59,128 nucleotides of DNA from Microcella sp. (lineage in GTDB: Bacteria; Actinomycetota; Actinomycetes; Actinomycetales; Microbacteriaceae): positions 1-59,128 of the forward strand of contig NZ_JAUSMI010000084.1 in NCBI RefSeq assembly GCF_030645145.1, written 5' to 3'. The position numbers and the translations under genes are program-made. The notes under the pieces were generated by a model. It was given only the letters and a program-made list of their open reading frames with translations, searched no databases and had not been told where the DNA came from. Shown piece after piece: positions 10,080-18,572 of this stretch (the stretch's first letter is position 1; every line of letters starts with the position of its first letter).

Positions 10080-11048
10080 CTACCTCCGCGACTCGAGGGC
10101 CGACAGCAGCTGCGGCACGACCTGGAACACGTCGCCCACGATGCCGAAGTCGGCGACCTCGAAGATCGGCGCCGAGGCATCCGTGTTGATCGCGACGATC
10201 GTCTTCGCCGTCTGCATGCCGGCCTTGTGCTGGATCGCGCCGGAGATGCCGAGGGCGATGTAGAGGTCGGGCGCGACGGTCGTGCCGGTCTGGCCGACCT
10301 GCGCCGCGTGCTCGATGTAGCCCGCGTCGACGGCGGCGCGCGAGGCCCCGACCGCGCCGCCGAGGGCGTCGGCGAGCTGCTCGACGAGGGCGAACTTCTC
10401 GGGAGACCCGAGTCCGCGACCGCCGGCGACGACGACCTTCGCGGTGCGCAGCTCGGGGCGGCCGGAGGGGCGCACGGGGGTGGAGGACTCGACCGTCGTG
10501 GCGGCACCCGTGACCTCGACGGCGAGCATCTCGACCACGGGGGCGTCGACCGCGGTGGCGCGCGCGTCGATCGCGCCCTGCCGCACGGTGACGATCGGCA
10601 GCCCGCCCTCGACTGCGGACGTCGTGGAGTAGGCGCCGCCGAAGACCGAGTGGCTCGCGACGACGCGGTCGCCGTCGAGGCGCACGTCGACGGCGTCCCA
10701 CGCGAGAGCCCCGCCGACCCGGACGGCGAGTCGGCCGGCGACGTCGCGGCTGTCGATCGAGTGGGCGACGAGGACGACGCCGGGCTGCTCGCGCTCGATC
10801 GCCGCGGCGAGCGCCGAGACCTGCGGGGTCGCGATGACCGACGCGGCCTCGGCGGCCTCGGCGACCAGGACGCGCGCGGCACCGAGCGAGCCGAGCGCCG
10901 CGGCGAGGCCGGCGGCGTCGGTGCCGGGCGCGACTGTCACGACCGCGACGGTGTCGCCGATCGCGGCGGCGGCTCCGAGGAGACCGGCGGCCGAGTCGGC
11001 GGGAGCGCCGTCGGCGGTGAGCTCGATGTGGACGAGTGCGGTGGTCAT
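10080..11048 (-). CDS. etfA: Electron transfer flavoprotein subunit alpha
   Basis: [29 protein letters not shown]. Confidence 0.95.
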   Translation of the reverse strand: MTTALVHIELTADGAPADSAAGLLGAAAAIGDTVAVVTVAPGTDAAGLAAALGSLGAARVLVAEAAEAASVIATPQVSALAAAIEREQPGVVLVAHSIDSRDVAGRLAVRVGGALAWDAVDVRLDGDRVVASHSVFGGAYSTTSAVEGGLPIVTVRQGAIDARATAVDAPVVEMLAVEVTGAATTVESSTPVRPSGRPELRTAKVVVAGGRGLGSPEKFALVEQLADALGGAVGASRAAVDAGYIEHAAQVGQTGTTVAPDLYIALGISGAIQHKAGMQTAKTIVAINTDASAPIFEVADFGIVGDVFQVVPQLLSALESRR

Positions 11049-11057
11049 GGCGGCCTC

Positions 11058-11837
11058 CTAGACGAGTCGCTGCTCAGCGAGGAACGCTGCGAGCTGCGTG
11101 CCCGCGTCGCCCTCGTCGACGATGGGGTCGGCTCCGGTGCGGCCGGGGCGCTGCTCGCAGGTCAGCACGATGGAGGAGGCGCTCGAGCGCGACCCGGCGA
11201 GCGCGGGCTCGAGGTCGGCGAGCGAGTGGGAGGCGACGGGCTTCTTCTTGGCGCCCATGATGCCCTTGAACGACGGGAACCTCGGCTCGGGCATCCCCTC
11301 GGTGATCGATACGATCGCCGGAAGCGGGGCGCTCACGACGCTCGTCGCGGTCTCCGTAGCGCGCTCGCCGCGCACGCGGCCGCCGTCGATCGCGAGCTCG
11401 CTCACGAAGGTGAGGGCTGGCAGGCCGAGGTGCTCGGCGATCATCGCGGGGATCATGCCGCCGCGCCCGTCGGTCGACTCGTTGCCGGCGATGATGAGGT
11501 CGGCACTCGCGTCGCGCAGCGCGGCGGCGAGCGTCGCGGCGGTCGTCATCGCGTCGGCCCCGGCGAGCGCGTCATCGACGAGGTGGATGCCCGAATCGGC
11601 TCCCATGGAGAGCGCCTTCTTGATCGCGCCCGTCGATTCACTCGGACCCATCGTCAGTGCGACGACCTCGATCGACTTGTCGCGATCCTTGAGCGCGAGG
11701 GCGGCCTCGAGGGCCCGCTCGGTGATCTCGTCCACGACCCGTTCGCTCGCGGAGCGGTCGAGCCGCCCGGTCGTGGGGTCGAGCACGCGCTCCTCCCAGG
11801 TGTCGGGCACGTGCTTGATCAGGACGATGATCCTCAT
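11058..11837 (-). CDS. etfB: Electron transfer flavoprotein subunit beta
   Basis: KHVPDT N-terminus, ALSMGAD, EPRFPSFKGIMGAKKK; GAGGGAG RBS. Confidence 0.95.
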   Translation of the reverse strand: MRIIVLIKHVPDTWEERVLDPTTGRLDRSASERVVDEITERALEAALALKDRDKSIEVVALTMGPSESTGAIKKALSMGADSGIHLVDDALAGADAMTTAATLAAALRDASADLIIAGNESTDGRGGMIPAMIAEHLGLPALTFVSELAIDGGRVRGERATETATSVVSAPLPAIVSITEGMPEPRFPSFKGIMGAKKKPVASHSLADLEPALAGSRSSASSIVLTCEQRPGRTGADPIVDEGDAGTQLAAFLAEQRLV

Positions 11838-11959
11838 GGGAACTCCCTCGTTCTGCGCTCTCGCGAGCGCGGCGCCTTGTGGGCGACGGCCACGATACTC
11901 GGGCGGCAGAGGAAATGCTAGGGGTTCCTTGTATCTGCACACGTGCTCCGCACGCTCGC

Positions 11960-12994
11960 TCAGCAGTTGCGGGCGCCCTGCCGCATCCCCGTCTCGTGGA
12001 AACGGTCAGCGAGCCACTGCGTGCAGTCGGGGGCCCAGCCTGCAATGACGCTCGCGCGCTCGTCATCGACGGGGATGGTCGTCGTCGCCGCCGAGAGGTA
12101 TCCGAAGGTCGTGAGGTGGAGCGCGTCCCACTGCGCGGAGACCGCCCGGAGATCCGGGATGACCCATCGCCCATCCCGCCCCGTCACGCGATACCAGTCG
12201 TGGCGGCGCGACGCCGTGACATCGAGGGGATGCTCGCGGCACAGCTCCGCCCAATCCTCGGCCGAGCCGATCTCGCGCACACGGCCCTCGCCCACGACCT
12301 CCACGAGCGTGGCCGCCATCGGAGCGACGGCGTCCTCGACCAGCGCCATCGCGTCTTCCGGCTCACGCCAGGAGCGCGCGGACTGCGGCAGCGACCACCA
12401 CGTCCCCGACCAGTTCGCCGTCACGTCGTCCGGACGCTCTCGGCGGGCCCTCTCCTCATCGGCTTCCTGCTCGGCATCCCACCGCGCGACCGACGCGGCA
12501 CCGGAGGTCAGAGGAGCGAGCGATAGGTCATCGCCCCAGATCGTCATCCACCCCCGGGATGCCCACGGCGCCGCCCACGAGTGCGCCTCATCGGTCGCGA
12601 CGATCGCGGCTGCTATCGGCCGGAGGGCTGCACGCACCTCGGGGACCGCCGCCAGCTGATCCTCCGCGTCGGGCTCCTGCCAGTAGAGCGCCGAGTCGAC
12701 CGAGGCGATGAGCGCTTCTCGGAGCAGCCCCTCATCGTTGCCGACCTCATCAGCCGCTCGCAGCGCCACCGCCTCGATTGCGCGCGCGACGTCCCACGGC
12801 GCCACCGACCGTTCGGGCGAGCTCGAATCCTTGACGGCCCACCCGAACGTCCAGGACTCAGCGGGCCGGCTCATGCCCATCGAGCTCCAGAGCACGAGCT
12901 GACCGACATCCGAGTCGAGTCCGGCGGCGACCTCGAGGCAGAGCCGTCGGCCTCGAGGCCCGGCCAGCAGAGCATCGACGTCACCGGGCGGCAT
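11960..12994 (-). CDS. Hypothetical protein (Trp-rich)
   Basis: 344-aa ORF with normal protein composition; GATGCT six nt before ATG. Confidence 0.75.
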   Translation of the reverse strand: MPPGDVDALLAGPRGRRLCLEVAAGLDSDVGQLVLWSSMGMSRPAESWTFGWAVKDSSSPERSVAPWDVARAIEAVALRAADEVGNDEGLLREALIASVDSALYWQEPDAEDQLAAVPEVRAALRPIAAAIVATDEAHSWAAPWASRGWMTIWGDDLSLAPLTSGAASVARWDAEQEADEERARRERPDDVTANWSGTWWSLPQSARSWREPEDAMALVEDAVAPMAATLVEVVGEGRVREIGSAEDWAELCREHPLDVTASRRHDWYRVTGRDGRWVIPDLRAVSAQWDALHLTTFGYLSAATTTIPVDDERASVIAGWAPDCTQWLADRFHETGMRQGARNC

Positions 12995-13030
12995 GCGCCG
13001 AGCATCCCACGTTCGATGCCCGAGGAACGA

Positions 13031-13059
13031 GAAAAGCCCCCGCCGAAGCGAGGGCCTTC
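13031..13059 (-). terminator. Intrinsic terminator downstream of tRNA-Arg
   Basis: Minus strand AAGGCCCTCGC-TTCG-GCGGGGGCTTTTC: GC stem, UUCG tetraloop, U tract. Confidence 0.8.
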
Positions 13060-13066
13060 CGATCTG

Positions 13067-13139
13067 CGCGCCCGAAGGGACTCGAACCCCTAACCTTCTG
13101 ATCCGTAGTCAGATGCTCTATCCATTGAGCTACGGGCGC
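13067..13139 (-). tRNA. tRNA-Arg(ACG)
   Basis: GCGCCCG/CGGGCGC acceptor stem, anticodon arm CTGA-CT-ACG-GA-TCAG, GTTCGAG T loop; 73 nt. Confidence 0.97.
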
Positions 13140-13295
13140 ACTGTCACTTTCGCGACTGAGCGAGCATATCAGCGACGCGAGAGGGTCGCGAATCGTGCCG
13201 ACCACCGCCGGCGAGGGCCTCCCGAGCACGTCGATGCCTTGCCGTTGGCCGACGCTCGCGAGCAGACTGGGCCGACCCGAGACGAGGAGCAGGCC

Positions 13296-13892
13296 ATGGT
13301 CGAGGACGACCCGCAGACGACGCACGTCATCAAGCCGCTCACCCTCGAGACCTTCCCCGCCTGGCTCGCCCTCGCCGAGAAGCACAACGGCGTGTGGGGC
13401 GGCTGCTACTGCTCGTACTTCCACGGCGACACCGAGCAGACGGTGAAGAGCGAGTACGACCGCCCGACCTTCAAGCGACGGCTCGTCGAGGAAGGGGTGG
13501 CGCACGCCGCGCTCGTCTTCGACGGCGACGCCGCGATCGCCTGGTGCGAGTACGGAAGCCCGATCGAGCTTCCCGGCATCTACCACCGCAAGCAGTACGA
13601 CGCGGGCGAGACGAGCCCGGCGCCCTGGCGCATCACGTGCTTCTTCGTCGACCGCGACCATCGGCGGTCCGGCGTCGCCCGAGAGGCACTGGATGGCGCG
13701 CTCGCCCTCATCGCGGAGGCAGGAGGCGGCGAGGTGGTCTCGTTCCCGAACCAGCTGGAGCCCGACACCCGCACGTCGTCGTCGTTCCTGCACAACGGGA
13801 CTCGCGCGATGTTCGAGAAGGCGGGCTTCACCTTCGAGCGCCGCATCGGCAAGAGCAAGACAGTCATGCGGACGACGGTCGCGCCGGCATGA
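13296..13892 (+). CDS. GNAT family N-acetyltransferase
   Basis: RRSGVA acetyl-CoA motif A, FEKAGF; GAGGAG RBS. Confidence 0.85.
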   Translation: MVEDDPQTTHVIKPLTLETFPAWLALAEKHNGVWGGCYCSYFHGDTEQTVKSEYDRPTFKRRLVEEGVAHAALVFDGDAAIAWCEYGSPIELPGIYHRKQYDAGETSPAPWRITCFFVDRDHRRSGVAREALDGALALIAEAGGGEVVSFPNQLEPDTRTSSSFLHNGTRAMFEKAGFTFERRIGKSKTVMRTTVAPA

Positions 13893-13996
13893 TCGCGCGG
13901 GACGGGAGAGGTCCGGCGACAGCGGCCCGAGCGTCGGGCGCTCCTCGCAGCCGTCGGCCCCCTAGGCTGGGCGACGCACCGCACGAAGGAGAACGG

Positions 13997-15670
13997 GTGA
14001 CCGCGACCACCGATGCCCCCACGCTCGACGACCGGCCGCTCGTCAGCCCGCGCTACACGGCGCGACTGCTGCAGGGCACGTTCGCCCTCCTGTTCCTGCT
14101 CGCGACGCTCGTCGTCGTGGCCCTCGAGCCGGCGACCGTCACGAACCCCTTCTACGCAGGCGGCGCGGCGCTGGTGCTCGTCGCTACGGCCTTCCCGCTC
14201 CTCCCCGCCTTCCGCAACGTCCGCTACCGCCCGTGGATGATCGCGATGCCCCTCCTCGACTTCGCCGCGATCCTGCTCATCCGGCTCGAGGGCACGGGCG
14301 GGATCACCAACCCCATGGTGATGATCCTCACGATGCCCGCCGTGTGGGTGGGGCTCGTGAAGTCGCGGCGCGCGCTCGCCATGCTCATGCCCGCCGTCCT
14401 CGCCGTCGTCGTCCCCGATGCCTTGCTCGTCGCACGGGGCGCCCTCAGCGAATCGACTGCGGATCGTGCGGTCATGCTCATCGCGACCTTCCCGATCGTG
14501 ATGATGTTCGCGGCCGGAGCCGCCTACGCGATGTCATCGATCCTGGCCGGGCGGCAGATGGAGCTCGCCGACGAGCAGCGCCGCCGGGCGGAGGCGGCAG
14601 CCGATGCCGAGCGGGCTCGGAATCTGCTCCACGCCGTCCTCGACACCATCCCTGTCGGAGTCGTGGTCATGTCGCCGACGGGGGAGCGGATCCTGATGAA
14701 TCGCCGCCTGCGCGAGAGCCCCGAGCTCATGGCTGACGGCGCGGACCCGTGGGACGCGATCCAGGAGGTCCGGGCGCTCATGGTCGATCGCGTCACCCGC
14801 ATCGAGGAGGAGCAGTCCGCCTTCCAGCATGCGGCGCGCGGCGAGACGGTCACCGACCGGCTCGTCTGGGTGGGGCTCCCCGGCCAGCAGCAGCACGCGC
14901 TGTCGGTGTCGACGGGCCCCGTGCACACCGATGCCGGCGAGCACCTCGCGAACGTCCTGGTCGTGAGCGACGTGACGGACTTCATGCACGCGCTCGAGGC
15001 GAAGGACGCGTTCATCGGCACCATCTCGCACGAGCTGCGCACACCCCTGACCACGCTCTCCGGCTTCGTCGAGCTGCTCATCGAACGCGAGCACGAGTTC
15101 CGCGACGACGTGCGCTCCTGGCTGAAGGTGATCGATCGCAACGTCCGCCGCCAGCACATGCTCGTGCGCGACCTGCTCGCGGCCGCCGCGACCCGCAACG
15201 CGCCGATCGTCATCGACCGGCAGCCGAGCGACCTCGCCGCGATCGCTCACGAGGCCGCCCTCGCCGTGCGGAGCGAGGCCGAGCAGAAGGGCGTCGCGGT
15301 CGCCGTCTCCGGCGAGGCGACCGGCAACGTCGACCCGCTCCGCATGGCGCAGGTGGTCGAGAACCTGCTCACCAACGCTGTGCGGTACACGCCGGCGGGC
15401 GGGAGCGTGAGCGTCTCCGTCGGCGGTGACGCCGACCACCTTCACCTCGTCGTGAGCGACACGGGCGTCGGCATCGCGCCGGAGGATCAGGAGCGGCTGT
15501 TCGAGCAGTTCTTCCGCGCGGCCGACGCCCGGGCATCCGCCATTCGGGGCATCGGTCTGGGGCTCGCGATCGTCAAGGCGATCGTCGACGCGCACGGCGG
15601 CGAGGTCGCCCTCGAGAGCGAGCCGGGCCGCGGCACGACCGTGACGGTCCGAATCCCTCAGTCCGCCTGA
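13997..15670 (+). CDS. Membrane sensor histidine kinase (TM-PAS-like-HisKA-HATPase)
   Basis: SHELRTPLT H box, NLLTNAVRY, DTGVGI, GIGLGL; AAGGAG RBS. Confidence 0.92.
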   Translation: MTATTDAPTLDDRPLVSPRYTARLLQGTFALLFLLATLVVVALEPATVTNPFYAGGAALVLVATAFPLLPAFRNVRYRPWMIAMPLLDFAAILLIRLEGTGGITNPMVMILTMPAVWVGLVKSRRALAMLMPAVLAVVVPDALLVARGALSESTADRAVMLIATFPIVMMFAAGAAYAMSSILAGRQMELADEQRRRAEAAADAERARNLLHAVLDTIPVGVVVMSPTGERILMNRRLRESPELMADGADPWDAIQEVRALMVDRVTRIEEEQSAFQHAARGETVTDRLVWVGLPGQQQHALSVSTGPVHTDAGEHLANVLVVSDVTDFMHALEAKDAFIGTISHELRTPLTTLSGFVELLIEREHEFRDDVRSWLKVIDRNVRRQHMLVRDLLAAAATRNAPIVIDRQPSDLAAIAHEAALAVRSEAEQKGVAVAVSGEATGNVDPLRMAQVVENLLTNAVRYTPAGGSVSVSVGGDADHLHLVVSDTGVGIAPEDQERLFEQFFRAADARASAIRGIGLGLAIVKAIVDAHGGEVALESEPGRGTTVTVRIPQSA

Positions 15671-15693
15671 CCCGCAGGCGCGGGGCCGCTCGC

Positions 15694-16029
15694 TCAGTTG
15701 ACCTGGACGGAGTCGGCGGTACGCGCGGAGACCTCCTCCGGAAACGAGAGGACGAGGTGACGCCCGAGTGCTGTGGCGAGCCGGGCGAGGGTGTCGATCC
15801 TGTTCCTCGCTCCGCCGCCCTCCTCGAGTCGGGAGATCACTGACTGGGTCGTCTTCATGCGCGCGGCCAGCTCTCGCTGGCTGAGCCCGGCCGAGGTACG
15901 CAGGTCATAGATCAGTTGCCCGAGCGCGAGATCCTGTTCGACTTCGCCGCGGACTTCGCCGCGGACTTCGTCGCCCACCGCACCCCGCCGCTGCTTCACA
16001 TCTTCCCAACGGGAGTAGTTCGCCATCAT
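15694..16029 (-). CDS. HTH (XRE) antitoxin, HigA-like
   Basis: GLSQRELAARMKTTQSVISRLE HTH; directly downstream of the toxin gene. Confidence 0.88.
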   Translation of the reverse strand: MMANYSRWEDVKQRRGAVGDEVRGEVRGEVEQDLALGQLIYDLRTSAGLSQRELAARMKTTQSVISRLEEGGGARNRIDTLARLATALGRHLVLSFPEEVSARTADSVQVN

Positions 16030-16037
16030 GCCCTCCA

Positions 16038-16367
16038 TCACGGGTACTCGATTGCGCACTGCGCGGCAACGCGCTTCGCGCGAGCAACCTCATGCCGCTC
16101 GTTACCGCGCTGCTTGCGGAAGGTCGTTAGCAGGACGATCCGCCCATCTCTCGTGAACCGGTAGGTGATGCGTCTCGCGGTCTGCCGGAGCGTGAACCGT
16201 AGCTCGAACAGACCATCGCCGAGCGAGCGAGACAACGGCATGCGAGCTGCCGCACCCGAGGTCGCCAGCCTGTCGATGATCACCGCGACCCGGTCCCAGT
16301 CGCGCTGGCCCAGACGGCTGAGCCACGCTTCGATCTCGTCATGCAACTCGACTTCAGTCGCGTTCAT
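16038..16367 (-). CDS. RelE/ParE (HigB/Gp49-like) toxin
   Basis: RSLGDGLFELRF, RITYRF, LLTTFRKQ; toxin-first order. Confidence 0.88.
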   Translation of the reverse strand: MNATEVELHDEIEAWLSRLGQRDWDRVAVIIDRLATSGAAARMPLSRSLGDGLFELRFTLRQTARRITYRFTRDGRIVLLTTFRKQRGNERHEVARAKRVAAQCAIEYP

Positions 16368-16385
16368 GATCGCACTCGCGAAATG

Positions 16386-16401
16386 ATCGCACAAGTGCGA
16401 T
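16386..16401. promoter_or_regulatory. Probable TA autoregulatory operator
   Basis: Perfect inverted repeat ATCGCAC-AA-GTGCGAT 18 bp upstream of the toxin start. Confidence 0.65.
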
Positions 16402-16442
16402 ATGAGGAGTTGTGCTCGCGTGAACCATGCATCCGCGCCCGG

Positions 16443-16964
16443 TCACCCGATGAGGTAGACCATCCCGCGGCCCTCAGCCGCTAGCGACTCGACGAACTCC
16501 TGTGCTCGCTCGAGATAGTGGAGGACGTAGCGGCGTTCCTCCTCGTCGGTCGCGCCGTGCGGGCTACGCCACGTTCGAGCCCAATCGTCGATCCGCTTCT
16601 CGTCCACCTCGCGCAACTGGTCGCGGATGCCGGGCACCTCCTCCGGCAGGATCATCCGCACCCACGGTTCCCAGCCCAGCCCGTGCATGGTCACATTGCC
16701 CTCGAACATCCGGTACGCGAATTCGGATGCGGGCCCCTCGGGGCCCGGTCTCGTGAGGGATTGGAGGGCCGACCACGCCTTGTCGAGGTAGAGCATGTCG
16801 CACGGCGGCGGGACCTGCTCGAACACGGCGACGCTCGATCTCGCGTGCGGCTCCAACCCCCATGCGTCGGCGAGCGGATCGCTGGAAAGGATGCTGTGCG
16901 GATCGTTGATCGCCTGCTGTACAAGCTCGGCATCGAAGGCGTAAGCGTAGTAGCGAATTCCCAT
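16443..16964 (-). CDS. YfbM/DUF1877-like protein
   Basis: LYLDKAW motif and C-terminal GRGMVYLIG pattern. Confidence 0.7.
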   Translation of the reverse strand: MGIRYYAYAFDAELVQQAINDPHSILSSDPLADAWGLEPHARSSVAVFEQVPPPCDMLYLDKAWSALQSLTRPGPEGPASEFAYRMFEGNVTMHGLGWEPWVRMILPEEVPGIRDQLREVDEKRIDDWARTWRSPHGATDEEERRYVLHYLERAQEFVESLAAEGRGMVYLIG

Positions 16965-17142
16965 GCCGCGATCGTGGCGTCGTATTTGCGGCGGGAAAGC
17001 CGCGACCGGCGAACCGAGGACGCGGTGGATGACCCGCGCTCATGTGGAGGAGCCGCCACGCGGCAGAACAACCCAGAAGAGGTCGAGCCCGAGCAGAAGC
17101 GTCACGCCGCAGAAGCGGCGGCGGGACCAGATGACACGGAAG

Positions 17143-17232
17143 CGGAGACGGAGGGATTTGAACCCTCGGTCCCCTAAACGGGGACTCCACCTTAGCAGGG
17201 TGGTGCACTCGGCCGGACTATGCGACGTCTCC
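17143..17232 (-). tRNA. tRNA-Ser(GCT)
   Basis: GGAGACG/CGTCTCC acceptor stem, CCACC-CT-GCT-AA-GGTGG anticodon arm, long variable arm. Confidence 0.96.
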
Positions 17233-17280
17233 TGGCGTGAGCCTCCACCACTATAGCCCGTGCGGGGCGGATGCTCGCGC

Positions 17281-18558
17281 TCAGCCGTTCGCGGCCGAGC
17301 AGCGCCGATCCGCGGCGGTCTGACCGGGCACGTTCTCGAGCACCTCGGGTGTCGGCGCCGCGCTGGGCGATCCGGAGGGGGCCGCCGACGGGTCGGCCGA
17401 TGCGGACTCCGATGGGGCGGGCTCGGCGGTCGCCTCGCCCGATGCGCTCGGGACCGGAGTCGGCGCATTCGGGTCGGCGACCGTCCCGCTCTGCGGCTCA
17501 TCGGGGATGAACCGCTCGTCGTTCTCGATGAGGCGCATGAGCTCGGCCGCCTCCTCCTCGAGGGGCAGCACGCGTCCGGCGAGCGGGCCCTCGAGCGGCA
17601 CCTCGCCGGGGTACTGCACGAAGACGATGTTCTCGATCGGCATGTCGGCGAGCACGCGCGCCATGGCGACCATGGTGTCGAGCGGGCGGAGGCTCGTGGA
17701 GAGCTCCATCGACTCCGTCGTGACCTTCGCCAGGCCGTACAGAGCGGTGAGATCGGTCAGCACGCCGTCGCTCTGCACCGTGCGGATCATCGACGACAGG
17801 TAGACCTGCTGGTTGGAGATGCGTCCGAGGTCGCCGCCGTCGCCCACGCCGTACCGCGTCCGCAGGAACGCGAGCGCCTCGTACCCCTCGACGACGTGCG
17901 TTCCGGCCGTCTCGAGCTCGAGTCCCGTGTACGGGTCGGAGATCGGCGCGTCGATGCAGATCTCGACCCCGCCGATGGCCGACGACATGCGCGCCACTCC
18001 GTCGAACGAGATCGTGCCGGCGTAGGGGATCTCCAGCCCGGTGAGATCTTCGACGGTGTCGACGACGCACGCGAGGCCGCCCTCGCCGTACGCCTCGTTG
18101 ATCTGGACGAGCTCCAGCGGCTCCGACGTCGTGCCATCCTCCGCCTCGCACGCGGGGATGTCGACGAGCAGGTCGCGCGGAATCGAGACCGCGACGGCGG
18201 ACTGCTGGTCCTCCGCGACGTGCACGAGCATGTTGACGTCGTTGAGCGTCGTCTCCCGCTCGTCCGCGTCGGACTGGCCCTCGGCGTTGTCGATGCCGAC
18301 GATGAGGACGTTGAAGCCGCCCTCCCACTCTCCGACGGTGGGAACCTCTCCGCCCAGGTCGACCGATTCGATCCCGCTGTCGAGCTGGTAGGCCGCGATC
18401 GCGGCGACGGATGCTCCGCTCACGAGCACGACCGCCAGTACCCCGGCCACCGCCTTCAGGGCCGTCCGCCACCCCGATGAGCGCTTCAGGCGGCCGTGGC
18501 GCACCTCCGCCGCCTCGGCGCGGAGGCCGGAGCGGTCGCGACGTCTCGACTCGGTCAT
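17281..18558 (-). CDS. LCP (LytR-CpsA-Psr) family protein, paralog 2
   Basis: N-terminal TM, SIPRDL, FLRTRYG, DLGRISNQQ. Confidence 0.9.
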   Translation of the reverse strand: MTESRRRDRSGLRAEAAEVRHGRLKRSSGWRTALKAVAGVLAVVLVSGASVAAIAAYQLDSGIESVDLGGEVPTVGEWEGGFNVLIVGIDNAEGQSDADERETTLNDVNMLVHVAEDQQSAVAVSIPRDLLVDIPACEAEDGTTSEPLELVQINEAYGEGGLACVVDTVEDLTGLEIPYAGTISFDGVARMSSAIGGVEICIDAPISDPYTGLELETAGTHVVEGYEALAFLRTRYGVGDGGDLGRISNQQVYLSSMIRTVQSDGVLTDLTALYGLAKVTTESMELSTSLRPLDTMVAMARVLADMPIENIVFVQYPGEVPLEGPLAGRVLPLEEEAAELMRLIENDERFIPDEPQSGTVADPNAPTPVPSASGEATAEPAPSESASADPSAAPSGSPSAAPTPEVLENVPGQTAADRRCSAANG

Positions 18559-18572
18559 CGTCGCGGCCCGCC

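Noticed and set aside
7948-10701. Apparent N-terminal fusions (917-aa, 717-aa, 657-aa, 767-aa ORFs)
   Set aside because: The extensions are off-frame read-through of upstream genes; the true starts overlap the upstream stops or have their own RBS.
11919-11927. TAGGGGTTC match to the tRNA-Arg T-arm as a possible att site
   Set aside because: Only 9 bp and in the wrong orientation for an attR direct repeat.
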